Virus record (IMG/VR): IMGVR_UViG_3300027917_000033
Coordinates: 1 to 64,000 of that record
Reading direction: 5' to 3' (one strand)
Source: a virus
Length of the DNA: 64,000 nt
Of this stretch, positions 18,235 through 27,584 are shown in pieces. The translations under genes and the position numbers were made by a program. Under the pieces are notes generated by a model. The model was not told where the DNA came from. It saw nothing but the letters and a program-made list of their open reading frames with translations, and searched no databases. Within the stretch, counting starts at the first letter, position 1, and every line of letters starts with the position of its first letter.

Positions 18235-20131
18235 ATTTCCCCGCTTCTGAATATTTTGCTTTAATTTGTGCCACTAAATGATTTAAATACTCTAGCCTAC
18301 TCATGTCCCTGTTTATAGCTTTTAGTAAGTCTTTGTTTCGTGCATGCCTATCATTCCACCCTGGAGTTCTTGAATGCCAGAGATGGAACATATCAACAGA
18401 ACGTGTATTGAAGAATCTGGTATTATCCTTCAGTCTTTCGAAGAAATCGCAGTCTTCTACACCATACCCCTCAAATGCTTCATTGAAACCACCAACTTTA
18501 TAATAAAACTCTTTCTTGAAGGCTATTGATCCGCCCTCAAAATACCCAACTGCCCTCTCGCAGTTATATCCTCTACTAAGATTGCCAATCTGGCACATAT
18601 GCAACGTAGATTGCCGATCAAGATACAGGACTTTAGATCCGATATGGCATGAATCAAATCTTATTAACACATCAACAATTCGTGCCACGTAATCTACTGG
18701 AACGATTATGTCAGCATCGTGTAAGATCACGTTTTCGTACGATGTAGCAGAAACTGCAGCGTTGAAAGCTTTTGATTTATTAAAATCCTGGTTTGGTCTC
18801 TGATTGGCAACAAACATGTAACGGAATGGTTCACCTTCTTTGCCATTAAATCTTCGTTCTTGATCTTGTTCTACCACAATGATTTCTATTTCTGGATATC
18901 TCTGTGCTTTAATGTTTCTGATCACCATATTGACGCAGTCTGATCTTCCAATATCTCTTACCGGTATGACTACTGATATGGCAGGAACATTGGCTTTTGA
19001 CGTAGCACTTATGTGAATTCTGCTTTTATCATTGCGCAGATTAGCATACTTGGCCTTGTTCTCCCTAAGGTGCTGCCCCTTTGTAATCAATGCAGATTTT
19101 TCTCTATGTATGGCAAAGAACCTGTCAGATCCTTCTACGTCGTGGAACCCGTATGGCTGTAACCCGGCAACACCAACCCTGTTTGACCAGTCCACATGTT
19201 CCATGCCATACTGGCTTAAAGCTTCATCGAAATAACCAACTGCATCAAACGCTTTGTCATCAAAAGCCATTACAGCACCATGCGGCTTGTCGGTTACTGA
19301 ATATATTATTTTGCCATTGACTGATTTCTTCTGGCTCTGCTGCCTTGACGCACCGTGCAATCCTTCTTGGCGATAACAGAAATGATGGTACCCAGTATTC
19401 TGCATTGCTTCAAAATAGAATCTCTCCCAAGCGTGTGATAGAATTTCGACATCGTCATTTAATATGATTTTGTATTTAAACCGTTTTAAACAATTCATTA
19501 GCCGGTTTGTGTTGCCAGCTATGCCAATATTTGTTGAATTCTTTAATACTATGATGTCTGGCTGTTTGTCCAACCAATCTTTTAAGCTTTCATTTGTTGA
19601 TCCATCGTCGCTTATAAATATAGTCGTCCTTGACAGATCTGTGTACTTCCTAATTGAGCCAATTAATCTCTGTAGCGGCTTTAACCTGTTAAAGCTTAGA
19701 ACACCGACACCTATTCCATCACTTATCGCCACCTGTACATCTTGAACAGCTTGATTGTAAAGATCCGCAGCGTGACCCAGTGCTTTACCAACTATTGGTT
19801 TATTGCCAACGTATCTGGACCTCCCGCTTCTTACCCCCCTGAATGATTTCTTGACAACCTGCCTAGCCCTTCTAACCGTCCTCATCGACTTCTGTTTTTC
19901 GCCCATCACCCTGATATTTGGTACCTCTTGGACGACATTCATCTGTGGTGGTGATAGATTGTCTTCACCAAGAATTCTGACGACTCTTAGAAATTTTGGT
20001 GTGTATCGATCGATGAACCAGTCTGATAGGACTATTTTAGAGAATTTTGATACCCTTACCTGTTCCCTGTTGGGACCGACGATTTGAATAGCGTGTGGAT
20101 TCGGATTAACATATTCTACTAGTCTAGCCAT
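18227..20131 (-). CDS. Double GT-A (family 2-like) glycosyltransferase
   Basis: SDDGS, LNDD, YGMEHVD; second domain ISVVIP, HDAD, GGFNEAFEGYGVED, HLWH. Confidence 0.85.
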   Translation of the reverse strand: MARLVEYVNPNPHAIQIVGPNREQVRVSKFSKIVLSDWFIDRYTPKFLRVVRILGEDNLSPPQMNVVQEVPNIRVMGEKQKSMRTVRRARQVVKKSFRGVRSGRSRYVGNKPIVGKALGHAADLYNQAVQDVQVAISDGIGVGVLSFNRLKPLQRLIGSIRKYTDLSRTTIFISDDGSTNESLKDWLDKQPDIIVLKNSTNIGIAGNTNRLMNCLKRFKYKIILNDDVEILSHAWERFYFEAMQNTGYHHFCYRQEGLHGASRQQSQKKSVNGKIIYSVTDKPHGAVMAFDDKAFDAVGYFDEALSQYGMEHVDWSNRVGVAGLQPYGFHDVEGSDRFFAIHREKSALITKGQHLRENKAKYANLRNDKSRIHISATSKANVPAISVVIPVRDIGRSDCVNMVIRNIKAQRYPEIEIIVVEQDQERRFNGKEGEPFRYMFVANQRPNQDFNKSKAFNAAVSATSYENVILHDADIIVPVDYVARIVDVLIRFDSCHIGSKVLYLDRQSTLHMCQIGNLSRGYNCERAVGYFEGGSIAFKKEFYYKVGGFNEAFEGYGVEDCDFFERLKDNTRFFNTRSVDMFHLWHSRTPGWNDRHARNKDLLKAINRDMSRLEYLNHLVAQIKAKYSEAGKYV

Positions 20132-20145
20132 TTCGCAATATATAC

Positions 20146-20523
20146 TTACTTAAGGATAAAGTCTGAATGGTCTTTATCTGGAGGTGGGTAGCTCGGAGAA
20201 GATTGTCTTGGTGGTTTAGCTTTGGCACTATAGCCATAGTACCATCTTTTCCTGTCTTGTGAATGTTTTTTATTCATTGGTTGCCAAACCAATTTTTTAG
20301 GTTGTGTCGTCTGATCTCCAAATTGTACCTGGGATTTGTTAAAGTTGTCTTCGTCGTCGTCTTCCATCAACCCGAATACCGGCCTGCTATTTGCAAACGA
20401 CAAGTACCAGCGCATGTGGCCGCGTGGTTTGGATACTTCAGCGTCTGCTTTGTTACTTAAAATCGATGGCTTGAATGCAATCGCGCCAACAAGAGTAGTT
20501 TCGTATATCAAGTCTAGTTTCAT
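20146..20523 (-). CDS. Hypothetical protein with MKLxxIxE leader
   Basis: MKLDLIYE. Confidence 0.65.
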   Translation of the reverse strand: MKLDLIYETTLVGAIAFKPSILSNKADAEVSKPRGHMRWYLSFANSRPVFGLMEDDDEDNFNKSQVQFGDQTTQPKKLVWQPMNKKHSQDRKRWYYGYSAKAKPPRQSSPSYPPPDKDHSDFILK

Positions 20524-20862
20524 CTAATCTCCTGGGAAAAGATCGGCAACATCGGCTCCCTTTGCTGCGCTTCTTACAATCTTTTCGTTTAAACTATTGG
20601 CTATCGACATTAATTGGTCGGCAATTGCTGACAGATTTGATCTGGTCGAATGGTCGTCGTATCTGCTACCCAGAACTATCCCTACTTTGTTGACGTCTGA
20701 CGCTGTTTTAACGAGCCAATCCTGTGCTCTTGTGAGTAGATCGACGCCATCTTCGGTGGATTTTTGGGCAGCTTCGGATTCTTCTTGTGGTGCCTCTGGC
20801 GCTTCTTCCGCTCCCAGCCCAAGTAAGCTATCGTAGTTTTCTTCTGGTTTTTCTAGTGGCAT
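20524..20862 (-). CDS. Hypothetical acidic helical protein
   Basis: Coupled ORF. Confidence 0.65.
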   Translation of the reverse strand: MPLEKPEENYDSLLGLGAEEAPEAPQEESEAAQKSTEDGVDLLTRAQDWLVKTASDVNKVGIVLGSRYDDHSTRSNLSAIADQLMSIANSLNEKIVRSAAKGADVADLFPGD

Positions 20863-21418
20863 CTGCTGTGCTCAATCCATAAAGCGGCAATATTTTACCA
20901 TCTCTAATAATAGTTTTGAACGAACTATGCTTTAAAATCACATATCCCAATTCAGGCAGCTTTTCCTTTAAATCATCGTCAAATTGCTTTATGTCTATGA
21001 TTTTCTGTGTTTGGACAACATTACCGCAAAGGTCTTTCAGCATTCCAGGGCCAGCCATTTTGTCTAGTGAAACTCTTATGTCGACCAACATATCATCTGA
21101 GAAGTAAAACTGCGCAAATTCAATTCTTCCAGCTTTCATTAATGGCAATAGTTTATCAACATGCTCGCGAGCGCCATCTGGAGGGTCTATCATATTGCCG
21201 TCAAAATCCCCGCACCTTATGCCGATATTGCCTTCGTGGTTGAAGACCAATATAGAATACCCACTCAATTTATATCCTTCAATGACGTATACCAGCCTAC
21301 CACTGAGCTCTGGTACTTCATCTATCGCCAGTATTGGTGGATAAGATTGTGGTATTGGTAGGTCAGATATACCAGACAATGGTGCTTTTGATGCTTTTGA
21401 TTGCGGCATACTTTCCAC
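20828..21418 (-). CDS. Hypothetical protein, faint ligase/nucleotidyltransferase resemblance
   Basis: YKLSG resembles KxDG; weak. Confidence 0.45.
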   Translation of the reverse strand: MESMPQSKASKAPLSGISDLPIPQSYPPILAIDEVPELSGRLVYVIEGYKLSGYSILVFNHEGNIGIRCGDFDGNMIDPPDGAREHVDKLLPLMKAGRIEFAQFYFSDDMLVDIRVSLDKMAGPGMLKDLCGNVVQTQKIIDIKQFDDDLKEKLPELGYVILKHSSFKTIIRDGKILPLYGLSTADATRKTRRKLR

Positions 21419-21731
21419 CTTTAGATGTATGTATATCGGCGATGTCTATGATCTTTTTGGCTTTCTCCATCTTTTTATTGCGGAGTAGCAGCAAAAGCAT
21501 TGGTAACCCTGCTGTAACTACTTCAATTGTTCCGTCACTGCCCAACTGGCTAACTACACCATACCAATGTGTTAACCAACCATGATGCACTAAGAAGTCA
21601 CCAATCGCAGGCTTCCATTCTGAAATAGTATTATAATGCGCTAGATCAACCTGCAAGTTTTTCATATCCATCCCAAAATCCTCAACGCCCAAGCAATACA
21701 AATGCTGATTGGGATTATATTGATAGCCCAT
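21363..21731 (-). CDS. Hypothetical protein
   Basis: WKPAIGDF SH3-like pattern. Confidence 0.65.
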   Translation of the reverse strand: MGYQYNPNQHLYCLGVEDFGMDMKNLQVDLAHYNTISEWKPAIGDFLVHHGWLTHWYGVVSQLGSDGTIEVVTAGLPMLLLLLRNKKMEKAKKIIDIADIHTSKGGKYAAIKSIKSTIVWYI

Positions 21732-21821
21732 CTAGCCATCATTTTGGTTGGCGGATTGCCTATGAATAAGCTACGTATATAAAACCACGCAGAGGCAATT
21801 CCTACGCCGATGAATAATACT

Positions 21822-22196
21822 TCAATTATCTCTTTTAAGTTCGCCATTCCAAGGATTAAATACCCACTTGACATCATCGACCATCCACACAATGGACGTT
21901 CCCTCCCTGCGCCCACCCATTTTGTCTCTTATGAAAATATCAAGACCTGGGATCGAATCGTTTACAACCAATGGCGCTGGTTTATAGCCGCCAAATGCAT
22001 CTTCGTCTACGTTTTTGATATGCTCTTTCGAATCGATCCTAGTTTTTATTAAATTGAAACTATCAAGCAACGTCTTTCTCGCCTGCGATTCCACTCCTGG
22101 CTGGTATCTCTGCAGCATCTTTCTCAGTTCTATTTCGTTCCTGATAACCACTTTCTGTGGCTGCTCCTCCTTCTTCATTCGTGCCTCCGAAAGCAA
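21822..22196 (-). CDS. Hypothetical protein
   Basis: ORF in minus-strand run. Confidence 0.6.
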   Translation of the reverse strand: MLSEARMKKEEQPQKVVIRNEIELRKMLQRYQPGVESQARKTLLDSFNLIKTRIDSKEHIKNVDEDAFGGYKPAPLVVNDSIPGLDIFIRDKMGGRREGTSIVWMVDDVKWVFNPWNGELKRDN

Positions 22197-22584
22197 TGAT
22201 AAACGGATCTTTATTCAACCATCTGTTTATCGGTTCATGGGTAATATTTGACAGTCTGTGTAGCACGAGTATCTTGACTATATAATTGGCCGAACCAAAT
22301 AATATAGCCTGAAATACCGAATCAGCCAATCCAATTTTGGCGAAAATCTGGCCTAACTGGTTGTTAGCTGTTATGATATCCCCGGGAACAAACAGAGCGG
22401 CGACTACACAAACCCAAACCGAAAGGCAATATCCACAACTTAGTAGTGTGTTTAAATACCACCCAAGGATCTTGGCCTGTGTAAGTTTGTCCCTCATGAT
22501 TATAAAAATTTCTGACTCTGTTTCTATTTCAACCGCTGCTTCTATAGCTATAACCGCAGCAGCCCATATCAGTATGTCGTTCAT
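22063..22584 (-). CDS. Membrane protein (DUF1360-like CxxCxSVW)
   Basis: LLSCGYCLSVW and hydrophobic helices. Confidence 0.65.
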   Translation of the reverse strand: MNDILIWAAAVIAIEAAVEIETESEIFIIMRDKLTQAKILGWYLNTLLSCGYCLSVWVCVVAALFVPGDIITANNQLGQIFAKIGLADSVFQAILFGSANYIVKILVLHRLSNITHEPINRWLNKDPFIIAFGGTNEEGGAATESGYQERNRTEKDAAEIPARSGIAGEKDVA

Positions 22585-22772
22585 TGTTTAGCCCTATATG
22601 CACAGGCCGGATTTGCGCATTTCAGAGTGACCCTTGGTTTTCTGGTGCCATAGTCATATGCATGTATTTTCCTTAAGATCGAACCACACATTGGGCACTT
22701 TTTCCCTCCTCTTCCGCTCCTCACTCTGATGCTTCTTGTTCCGACTTTTTTGGCCTTGCCGCAACATGCCAT
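22581..22772 (-). CDS. Small basic zinc-ribbon protein
   Basis: MACCGK...CPMC...CANPAC. Confidence 0.65.
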   Translation of the reverse strand: MACCGKAKKVGTRSIRVRSGRGGKKCPMCGSILRKIHAYDYGTRKPRVTLKCANPACAYRAKQ

Positions 22773-23302
22773 TTTTTATCCCTTTGAAACATAAACTCCG
22801 GATTTACACTGGAAATCAGTGTCTTCCACCTAAATATTTTTGGGGTTGGTACATCATCATACACATCCAGAGTAAATCTTGGAGTATTGTTTGGTATTCC
22901 TAACGCTGACTCTCCTTCTTCCGTTAAAGCTACGAAATCTTCTTGGTAATCTGGCTTAAACATCATGAATGGCAGTTTGTGTATGGACACAGCATCCTCT
23001 ATGCATTGCTTCCACCAACCTGTGAAAGCCGCTATCTCTGGATTTTTCAGTATAGCGACGAAGCTAAATGATTTTCTGCTTTTGGCTTCAACTGAGAATA
23101 CGAAATGCTTATTGTCACAAATTATATCACCACAAAATACATAATCTGCGACTTTTACCCCTCCAGCTTTATTCCATCCGCCAGAGCCAGGAGTCTTGCG
23201 AAAATTTACTCCGGTAAAATCGGTAAGTAATTTGGCTGCTCTGGATTCATACCTCTTACCCTTTGCCTTTGATCTTTTCCCTATTTTGCTGTGATCAGCC
23301 AT
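22721..23302 (-). CDS. Holliday junction resolvase (Hjc-like PD-(D/E)xK)
   Basis: KGKRYE, RKTPGSGG, GDI, VEAK. Confidence 0.8.
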   Translation of the reverse strand: MADHSKIGKRSKAKGKRYESRAAKLLTDFTGVNFRKTPGSGGWNKAGGVKVADYVFCGDIICDNKHFVFSVEAKSRKSFSFVAILKNPEIAAFTGWWKQCIEDAVSIHKLPFMMFKPDYQEDFVALTEEGESALGIPNNTPRFTLDVYDDVPTPKIFRWKTLISSVNPEFMFQRDKKWHVAARPKKSEQEASE

Positions 23303-23331
23303 ACATTTTATTTACGGTTGGAATGGCAAAA

Positions 23332-23353
23332 GTAAATATAGATAGAAGGAGGA
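23332..23353 (+). promoter_or_regulatory. Candidate late promoter gtaaatatagata plus AGGAGG RBS
   Basis: Same 13-mer at 30499, also before AGGAGG and a + strand gene. Confidence 0.55.
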
Positions 23354-23357
23354 AATT

Positions 23358-23603
23358 ATGGCTACAGCTCACGTCGTAACATATGGACCGAAGCGGATTG
23401 GGGCCGATGGAGAAGCACTTGGGCAGGGGGCCCTTATTTCAGAACATGCTACATCCAGCACGGAAATGAGGATATTTCCGAATAATAATGTACCAAATTC
23501 TGAAAATTATCCAACTATCGAAGCATATTTGACGAATGAAGCGACTGACGGATTTGAGCCCAAAATAATTACAAACACTATGATAGTTACGTATAAGCCG
23601 TAA
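23358..23603 (+). CDS. Hypothetical (possibly virion) protein
   Basis: Strong RBS; isolated + strand gene. Confidence 0.7.
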   Translation: MATAHVVTYGPKRIGADGEALGQGALISEHATSSTEMRIFPNNNVPNSENYPTIEAYLTNEATDGFEPKIITNTMIVTYKP

Positions 23604-24492
23604 GATTCTGGAATGGTCCGAGATATCTCGGTAGGTCAACTTTAAGTCCCCGCACTTTATTATCCATAATTGTCTTTTCTATCCTGACACGGTTAAATTT
23701 AACTGGTGAAAATTGTTTCGCCTCAACATATGCGCTGTTGTCTGCTAGATATGGGCACAATGACAAATCAATTAATTTCCTATTGGTATTAAATAGTTCG
23801 TGCCCAACATGCACCAACTCCCCGTCGATCATGGCAACGGCTTTGTCCGAATCCAAAAACTTTTGTCTCTTCTTGGGGTCTTCTGCCATCTCTCTTGATC
23901 TGACTTCACCTACATTGTAATAACCAATTAGATTGTCGGACTTGTCGCCCATTAGTGCCTTAGTTACAATGACATCGATGGACGGCTTTGGCAACACTTG
24001 TTGGTCTTTTGATAACGGATTATATATTGAAACATGGCCGTATTTGTATGGAATCTGCTGGAAGTCCCCGTCACTTGATACAATTACAGTTTTTCCATTG
24101 TTTATCGAGCAGAATGCATATATTAAATCGTCTGCTTCCATAGCAGGCACGTAGTATTGTCTACAATTCATGTCCTGGAAAAACAGAATAGCTAAACTTA
24201 ATTGGCGTTTCAATTCTTCGCGTATATTGAACCCTAGATCCTTGTACTTATCAACCCTGTGCTCTTTATAATATGGCAGTATGCCTCTGCGCCATACTTC
24301 GTTTCTTGGGGCATCCCAAAAGACATGCACGGCTTTGGGTTTTAGTAGATTAATATAATTGCTTAGAAACCTTATCAGTATTACCGCATAATCATGCCCA
24401 GTACTCTTAAAATAAGAGTCGTAATAGCCAGCAAAAATTGCTCGATATATCGAGTTTTTGCCATCAATTAGTAGGTGTTCAACATCTTCCAT
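23587..24492 (-). CDS. 5'-3' exonuclease / flap endonuclease (T4 RNase H-like)
   Basis: LLIDG, VFWD, YKEHR, EADDLI, SSDGDF, GDKSDN. Confidence 0.9.
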   Translation of the reverse strand: MEDVEHLLIDGKNSIYRAIFAGYYDSYFKSTGHDYAVILIRFLSNYINLLKPKAVHVFWDAPRNEVWRRGILPYYKEHRVDKYKDLGFNIREELKRQLSLAILFFQDMNCRQYYVPAMEADDLIYAFCSINNGKTVIVSSDGDFQQIPYKYGHVSIYNPLSKDQQVLPKPSIDVIVTKALMGDKSDNLIGYYNVGEVRSREMAEDPKKRQKFLDSDKAVAMIDGELVHVGHELFNTNRKLIDLSLCPYLADNSAYVEAKQFSPVKFNRVRIEKTIMDNKVRGLKVDLPRYLGPFQNLTAYT

Positions 24493-24500
24493 ATAAGGAA

Positions 24501-24524
24501 TGGGGGCAGGTTTCCCTGCCCCCA
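24501..24524. terminator. 10-bp stem hairpin downstream of the SSB gene
   Basis: tgggggcagg-tttc-cctgccccca. Confidence 0.55.
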
Positions 24525-24551
24525 CCCGCACTACCATGAGCACCGGAGAGG

Positions 24552-25598
24552 TTAGATATTATCGTCCTTAATTTGCCCCATTAGTTTTTGTAACTCAGGA
24601 TCATCGATTTCACTAACTGAAGATTGTGGCTCTGGCGCTGATTTTGGTGCTGGCGCTGACGCCTTCTCTGGTTGCGTCGATTTGGTGCTGCTTGGCATAC
24701 ACTCCTCTTCGTCTTCGTCACTCTTTGGCGTGCTTTTCTTTGGTGCATCCTTAGGCGTTTCAAGGGCATCTGTGCTTCCGGTGCCGACTTTACTCAGCAT
24801 TTCGGTCAGAGCAGCAACATCTCTAGGTGGCACCTTATCCCAGATATCAAAACGCTGGTCAAGAATCGTTTGAATTTCATCGCTTGAATCTGCCAACTGG
24901 TATTTGCTGGTCAAAAACTTGGACTTTTCGTAGTTATTGTACCCGCCCTTGTGCGTTATTTCAAGCTGGAAGATCAAGCATTCGTGTGGATCATAGAAGA
25001 TGCCCCATGGAAGCGGATCCTCAGCATCTCCTGGTCCACTACGCATTAATACTTCTTCAGTCTTATCAAAGACTGTTTTTGGCATATTGTACCACATCAC
25101 CTTACCATGTAGGTCAGTTGGGTTAACTTTCGACGGTGGGAAGTAAATGTTGACATTGAATGATGGCCTCGGCAGATATAGCTTGCTGATCCTCCTGCGT
25201 TCTTCTTCAATGTCAGTCTGGTTTCTGAGCTCGAAGCCCAGCTCACACCATGGGCATTGCTCGTCGTCAAATAGCCTTGGGCATCCGTATGGCCTAGTAT
25301 TGATCCAATGCAGCCCGCCATTTACCGAGAAAGATACTTCTACAAGTCGTCTCTCTTCGATGGTTTCGGCTGATGGTTCTTGCCCGGCAACTTTATACAT
25401 GGTTTTTGTTACTGTGCCCCCAGCGCACTTCTCCCCCTTTATCAGCCCAGGCAATATGATAAATCTGAATTTAGCTGTTTCATCAGGTTTTACGTTAGGG
25501 GGCCTAAATTGATTTGGGTCTCTACTCCCACTTTTCTGTTCTTTCATTCCCTTTTGAATTTTAGCTAACAATTTTTGCCTCTGTTCTGAATCCATCAC
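24552..25598 (-). CDS. gp32-like single-stranded DNA-binding protein
   Basis: FRFIILP, H...CP...CPWCE zinc site, YEKSKF, acidic tail; replication context. Confidence 0.8.
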   Translation of the reverse strand: MMDSEQRQKLLAKIQKGMKEQKSGSRDPNQFRPPNVKPDETAKFRFIILPGLIKGEKCAGGTVTKTMYKVAGQEPSAETIEERRLVEVSFSVNGGLHWINTRPYGCPRLFDDEQCPWCELGFELRNQTDIEEERRRISKLYLPRPSFNVNIYFPPSKVNPTDLHGKVMWYNMPKTVFDKTEEVLMRSGPGDAEDPLPWGIFYDPHECLIFQLEITHKGGYNNYEKSKFLTSKYQLADSSDEIQTILDQRFDIWDKVPPRDVAALTEMLSKVGTGSTDALETPKDAPKKSTPKSDEDEEECMPSSTKSTQPEKASAPAPKSAPEPQSSVSEIDDPELQKLMGQIKDDNI

Positions 25599-25603
25599 TC
25601 CTC

Positions 25604-26089
25604 CTAAGTCGATTCTCTCTGCTCTTGGCGCTTAAATCCAGCTAATGACCGGAGATGGTCAGATTTCATCTTGATTGCGTCAACTATGTTGTATAACTTA
25701 CCCATAGTTCTATTCGCAAGGATAAGTTGAGTCTCTATCCTTAATAGCTCATCATCCTTTTCGACCAATTCCCTAAATACCTTTTCCGGGATTTTTGGCC
25801 AATCTTCTTTTCTCGATTCCTGTATGATCATTTCATAGGCTATAGCTCTTCTCCTTTTTGCTTTTCTATCTAAACTTGCTACTGTCGCTTTCTGTTCGCT
25901 ATATACAGCAGCCCAAAATGCAAACTCTTGCGGAGTTGTAGTTAGGTCTTCCTCCAATGTTTCGTAGTCAATCTTTAAATCGGGTCTGAAGTCTCTTTCT
26001 ACGATATTCTTTTCACCCATATCGACTCTGATTCTGATAACCCGCTTTATTAAATCTTCACTCAGATTCTCTGAGAACCAGTCCTTCAT
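25604..26089 (-). CDS. UvsY-like recombination mediator
   Basis: Helical ~160 aa between SSB and polymerase; C-terminal IVDAIKMKS..LR pattern. Confidence 0.55.
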   Translation of the reverse strand: MKDWFSENLSEDLIKRVIRIRVDMGEKNIVERDFRPDLKIDYETLEEDLTTTPQEFAFWAAVYSEQKATVASLDRKAKRRRAIAYEMIIQESRKEDWPKIPEKVFRELVEKDDELLRIETQLILANRTMGKLYNIVDAIKMKSDHLRSLAGFKRQEQREST

Positions 26090-27195
26090 CTGAAATCCCT
26101 ATAAAATTTCCATTCTTTCCAAACCTTCCCGATATATACTCTCAACGGGAATCTTGGGAACTCATCTAGCGGCTTTATCATGATATCAGATGCGGCTTTT
26201 ATGATATGTGGAACCAATCCGGGCCTGCTAGCAAATACGACCGAATCATGTGTTTCAGTCACCAGATACTTCTTTAATTCAGGTGCCATGCGTATCAAGC
26301 TTGATTGCATAGCATGCGCAACCGTTCCCTGCAGCACAGCATTAAATACACTTTTTTCGTCTCTGTCACCAATTTTAAATCGTCTACCTAGCAAAGAACT
26401 CAGGTAGCCATCCTTTGCCAACTTTTGTGCCTGTTTGATCATCCACTCTCTTAATTCAGGAAATACTTCCAATATTGGTGACTCCAAATCTATCGAGTAT
26501 ATTGTTCTAAGATATAGTCTTTTGCATTCATCACGAGGTATGTCTAATGCTTCGCTCAGCATCGTGTGTGGGTCTGACTTCTGAAAGCTCTCATTTAGGT
26601 ATTCGTCATTAGAAAACGCTGCGGCAGCTCTAATGTCAGCTGCTATCCAATCAAGACAGACTAATACGTCTTCGTCATTGCCGGTGTTTATTGGCGTACC
26701 ATTCGTTATGCCTTGCATGTTATATCTAGTACATCTAGACCTACCTGTAAACGTATCCAATTCATAGCTAGGGTAGACACGTTGCTCATCTAGGTACAAT
26801 TCTCTGCTTTCCATAACCTTATAGACTTCAGCGCTTCTGCCAAGCAAGTTCCGCCATTTGGTCGGTTGTGGGTTGGCGCTGATGATTGTTTGGAATAACA
26901 TCGCAAGTTGCTTGTCGCTTGCTCCGTTCGGTACGTGAATATTTAACTGGTTAAGCTTGCTGGTATCGAGTATGTTGAAAGCGTAGAGATGTGCTTTAGG
27001 GTTGTTTAGTAGAACCTGTGTTTTGCTTGATGTAATTATTTCTGATATCTGACTGATAGTTTTGTTAACTTCATACAAAGTTTTCCCGGTCCCCTTAGCA
27101 TACAATGGGTATGTGCTATTGTGCTCGCCATCGTTTATAAATGTAACTAGCGGCTTTGGTGGCGTGTTGCTATCGAATGCCGTAAAGATGATCAT
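26086..27195 (-). CDS. Minimal family A DNA polymerase domain
   Basis: TFTGR, motif A LDWIAADIR, motif B RxxxKxxxxxxxY, QGT, motif C THDS. Confidence 0.85.
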   Translation of the reverse strand: MIIFTAFDSNTPPKPLVTFINDGEHNSTYPLYAKGTGKTLYEVNKTISQISEIITSSKTQVLLNNPKAHLYAFNILDTSKLNQLNIHVPNGASDKQLAMLFQTIISANPQPTKWRNLLGRSAEVYKVMESRELYLDEQRVYPSYELDTFTGRSRCTRYNMQGITNGTPINTGNDEDVLVCLDWIAADIRAAAAFSNDEYLNESFQKSDPHTMLSEALDIPRDECKRLYLRTIYSIDLESPILEVFPELREWMIKQAQKLAKDGYLSSLLGRRFKIGDRDEKSVFNAVLQGTVAHAMQSSLIRMAPELKKYLVTETHDSVVFASRPGLVPHIIKAASDIMIKPLDEFPRFPLRVYIGKVWKEWKFYRDFR

Positions 27196-27584
27196 GTATA
27201 ATATTGGCGCTTCTTCTTCGGCTTTCGTAGATTGTTTTTTATCTCGTCAACTTCTCCGGGTTGCCTAAGACTTGCGTATGGGTCTTCTCCTTTGTCTAGC
27301 TTGTATAGATCCATGTCTCTTTGACAACCTTTTCTGTCGAGATAGCCATATCCACGAATGTAAGATACTGGTGCGCCAATGCCCTCAAGAGTTTTGATGG
27401 CTTCTCCGTTGCATAGAGGGCACTTGATAGGTGGGTCCAATAACATCCGATGTCTTTCTTCCCATACTAAATCACCGCTCTTTACAGCGACAATTGTATT
27501 TTTTATGGTATTCTTTTTGCCTGTTTGTTTCTTAAGATCATCAAATTTACACCCCTTAGCACATCTATAATGATATGTTGGCAT
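27192..27584 (-). CDS. FmdB-family zinc-ribbon protein
   Basis: MPTYHYRC...CPLC. Confidence 0.75.
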   Translation of the reverse strand: MPTYHYRCAKGCKFDDLKKQTGKKNTIKNTIVAVKSGDLVWEERHRMLLDPPIKCPLCNGEAIKTLEGIGAPVSYIRGYGYLDRKGCQRDMDLYKLDKGEDPYASLRQPGEVDEIKNNLRKPKKKRQYYT

